Notes under the pieces: model-generated
What the model was told of the DNA's origin: nothing
Database searches by the model: none
The model's input: only the letters and a program-made list of their open reading frames with translations
Source: Raja brachyura
Taxonomy: Eukaryota
DNA: 64,000 bases
Assembly (NCBI GenBank): GCA_963514005.1
Contig: OY740808.1
Span: 13,950,001-14,014,000 of the forward strand
Direction of reading: 5' to 3'
Part shown: in pieces, positions 61,054 to 64,000 of the stretch
Numbering within the stretch: position 1 is the stretch's first letter
Layout of the letters: each line of letters opens with the position of its first letter
Position numbers and translations under genes: made by a program

Positions 61054-61759
61054 TGTAACCACTGTGGCGTCAGTAAGGACGCCGGTTTGGCAGTGACCAC
61101 GTAGACACTCGCAATAGGGTGAATTCACTTTTTAATTCCAGGACCATATGGGGGCGCTGTCCCTTGCAGTTAGGGCACATGTACGGTGGTACTGCCATGC
61201 TCTGGGTTGTCCCGGCAATTCAGTCCTGGTCTTCAAAGGAGGTGCTGCAGGTCGGTCTCAGGTTTATCCTGCTGGCTTAGCTTTGGGATTGAAGGGGCGA
61301 TGCTGGCAGTCTCTGGGTTATCCTGGCAGCTCAGTCTTTGCCTGTGTGTGTGGGCACAGTCCCTCATTGCATGTGGACTGCAAGAGGCACCCTCAGCCAC
61401 TCACTCTTAGCCTAAGTAGAGGCACTGTCTAGGGCTTCTTCTTGGCAACCCAGTCTTGACCAAACAGTGGTGCTGGTGGTCTGAGATTTGTCCCAGTGGC
61501 TCATTCTTACTCAAACATGCGACAGGGGAACATAGCTAGCAGGGAAGCACCGCACTTGCTCTCTCGTCCTTTGTCTTTTCCCCTTTCCCCTTTCCCCATT
61601 TCCCATTCCCCATTTCCATTCCCCATTTTGCTGGAATGCCTGGGTTTTATAGGGAGTAGGCTGTTCAAGGACCCAGCTATTACCAAAGATGGTGGCGATT
61701 CACCTTATCAGCCTGTGATAGGGATCAGAGCGGCATCAAAGGGAGGGGGCGCTGTCACA
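61054..61759 (-). mobile_element. Probable solo LTR (Gypsy-like)
   Basis: Termini TGTAAC...GTCACA. Minus-strand TATAAAA at about 61646-61652 and ATTAAA at about 61132-61137. GC-rich with internal repeats. No TSD seen, and the left end could be 61029. Confidence 0.55.
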
Positions 61760-63127
61760 CCACAGTATTTATGTGCTTGAAGAAGCCGGCGGGTCAAGCA
61801 GCATGTGTGGTGGTAAAAGGGATATGTCAACATTTTGGGTCATAATTCTGTGTCAGTACTGCCTGCTGTCAGATTATATGGAATGGATAGTTCCAATTTT
61901 TAGTTTTCTAATGTTGGCTCTCGACTTCAAAAGTCGACACATCTCTTCTGCCTGCACAGATGCTGCTTGACTGGCTATGTCCCAGCGTTTATTTTTTGCT
62001 CTAGATTCCAGTGTCTGCAGTCTCTTGTTTCTCCACAGTATTTACTGTATGTGGTTGGTCTAGTAAAGTTTACGGTCAAATGTGATGCCCAGGATGTTAA
62101 CCATAGGGATCTTTGTAAAAATAATGCTGGTACTGCAGGTGATGTACAGGTGTTGAGCCCCGCATGTTAGAAATTGATAAAACCCAGAGTAAGGTTGAAG
62201 TCTGAATGTTCTGCCTGAGAAAATGGTGGAGGTAGATGCTGTCACTATTTCTCTGCATCTAATGGATCCACCATCTCAGGGATGCCCTGATTGGAGTTGC
62301 TAGAGCTTTTCTGAAGATGTAATATTATTCTGATTAATTCAAATTATACATGCTTTCAAGAATGTTTGTTTTGCAAAGATTTTTTCCTAAATTGTCTTCA
62401 ATTATGTGATCTATTTAGATGAATCAAGGATTTTTCTTGGGGAAATTTAGCAACAACAACAACATCAATAATGACTAGAGGAAACTAAATGATATGTCAC
62501 TGGTAATCAGAGGATCCCATTCATATAGCCCTGAATGCTAACTATAAGAAGTGTAACATCTAGCAGCCTGACCTCCATCATATTGCTCTGGTTAGATGTA
62601 CATTGCATGCTGAAGAAAAAAAATGCTCTTGGGCATTTTACAGATTGCAGCTGGTGAGATTTACAATATTAATTAGTCTGGAATCCTTACCAACCAGCAT
62701 ACTAATTTCCAAGGATTGATTATGTGTCCATTTGGTCATCATTCAGCTCGTCAGTGATGATACCGTGTATTGTGAATGTTCTCCATATGACAACATCTTT
62801 TGGCTCAACACATTAAGTTACAACTGCGAGCTGCTTGTTGACGTGGACTGCCCCTTTACAACTGCCTTGACAGCCAGGTTTCCTGCGTTACAACCTGTAA
62901 CACTTCACAAGGACTTAATTAACCTCAAAGTCCTTTGAGATGTGTTTAGTTCATGAAAGATGGTGCATAATGCAAATCTTTCTTCCTTATCAACCTCTCA
63001 CGGAGACATACTAAACCCAGGCATTCTCTTATATTTGGGACTACTGAAGGTATCAATGAGAAGACCATTATTAAAAATAAAATGCTGAAAATTCTGCGCT
63101 TGACCAGTTTGAATAAATTGATGAAGA

Positions 63128-63300
63128 AACAAGGAACTGCAGATACACAAAAAGACACAAAGTGCTGGAGTAACTCAGCAAGTCAGGCAGCACCTCTGGA
63201 GAACGTGGATAGGTGATGCTTTGGGTCGGATATGACGAAGGATATATCCTGGTCTGAAACGTCACCTATCCTTGTTCTCCTGAGACTCTGTGTCCCTTTG
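63128..63300. mobile_element. Palindromic Penelope-derived mini-element
   Basis: ggagaacgtggataggtga is inverted with tcacctatccttgttctcc around a core variant tgacgaagga...gaaacgtc. Confidence 0.72.
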
Positions 63301-63574
63301 AGTAAATTGAGGCTGTGGCAGTAATCTGTGATTATTCCAGTCAATGGACACTGGGATCATTAATTTTTAGTGATCTTAGTGCAAAGGAGTATGTGTTTTG
63401 AACATGGCTCATATCAAGATAAGAACTTAATCGAACTATGTACAGAAGGTTGTCTCACAGCAACAGACAGTGAAAAAAGGGATGACCACCCAATAGACTA
63501 GGAGGAGAAAAGTAGTTAATGAATCTTTTGAGCCCATTCTTCTCATGAACAGATTTTTTACTTTTGGATAATGG

Positions 63575-64000
63575 TGGGCACAGCGTTTCCTCAGGAAGTA
63601 TCGCTGACTTCGGTGGTGGGAAAGATGCTGGAGTCAATTATTAAAGAGGTAATAATGGGGCATTTGGATAGCAGTAAAAAGATTATCCAAGTCTGAAGGA
63701 GGGTTTCGGCCCGAAACGTTGCCTATTTCCTTCGCTCCATAGATGCTGCTGCACCCGCTGAGTTTCTCCAGCACTTTTGTCTACTTTAGTCCAAGTCAAC
63801 ATGGATTTATGAAAGGGAAATCTTCTGGAATGTTTTGAGGACGTAAAATGGATGAAGTGGATGTAGTGTATCTAGACTTTCAGAAAGCCTTTGATAAGGT
63901 CCCGCACGGGAGACTGGTGTCTAAAATTAGAGCACATGGTATTGGGGGTAGGGTGTTGACATGGATAGAAAATTGGTTGGCAGACCGGAAGCAAAGAGTA
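63575..64000 (+). mobile_element. CR1 LINE RT fragment with a Penelope-derived insert (63693-63787)
   Basis: LTSVVGKMLESIIK, QHGFMKGKS and YLDFQKAFDKVPH. The insert is flanked by duplicated tccaagtc (63686-63693 and 63790-63797). Confidence 0.88.

Overview
Vertebrate genomic DNA, most likely a cartilaginous fish (skate/ray, inferred from the HE1/V-SINE-like, CR1 and Penelope repeat content). Genes: (1) the CpG-rich promoter, with a near-consensus RFX X-box, and the first three coding exons of RSPH14/RTDR1 on + (5842-6040, 7411-7513, 11515-11633; 421 nt in one frame), followed by an intron of more than 52 kb that runs out of the window; (2) the last coding exon of GNAZ (G-alpha-z, 49030-49374) and its probable 3' UTR, nested antisense in that intron as in mammals. 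A divergent minus-strand transcript from the same promoter is possible (RAB36 lies there in human), but no RAB36 coding exon was recognised. The rest is intron rich in repeats: CR1 and Rex1/Babar-like LINE fragments, tRNA-derived V-SINEs, a truncated CsRn1-type Gypsy element that keeps a -1 frameshift cassette, two probable solo LTRs, hAT, Tc1/mariner, Helitron and unclassified DNA elements, and Neptune-type Penelope fragments. The most interesting signals are about 10 minimal hammerhead-ribozyme motifs in Penelope-derived, often palindromic mini-elements; a 4-copy family of GC-rich non-coding retroposons with a covarying hairpin and a LINE-type tail; a 99-bp near-perfect inverted duplication; and a tight AP-1 site cluster. 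No entirely new biological system can be demonstrated from the sequence alone. Repeat family names are by-eye assignments and their boundaries are approximate unless a TSD or TIR is quoted.
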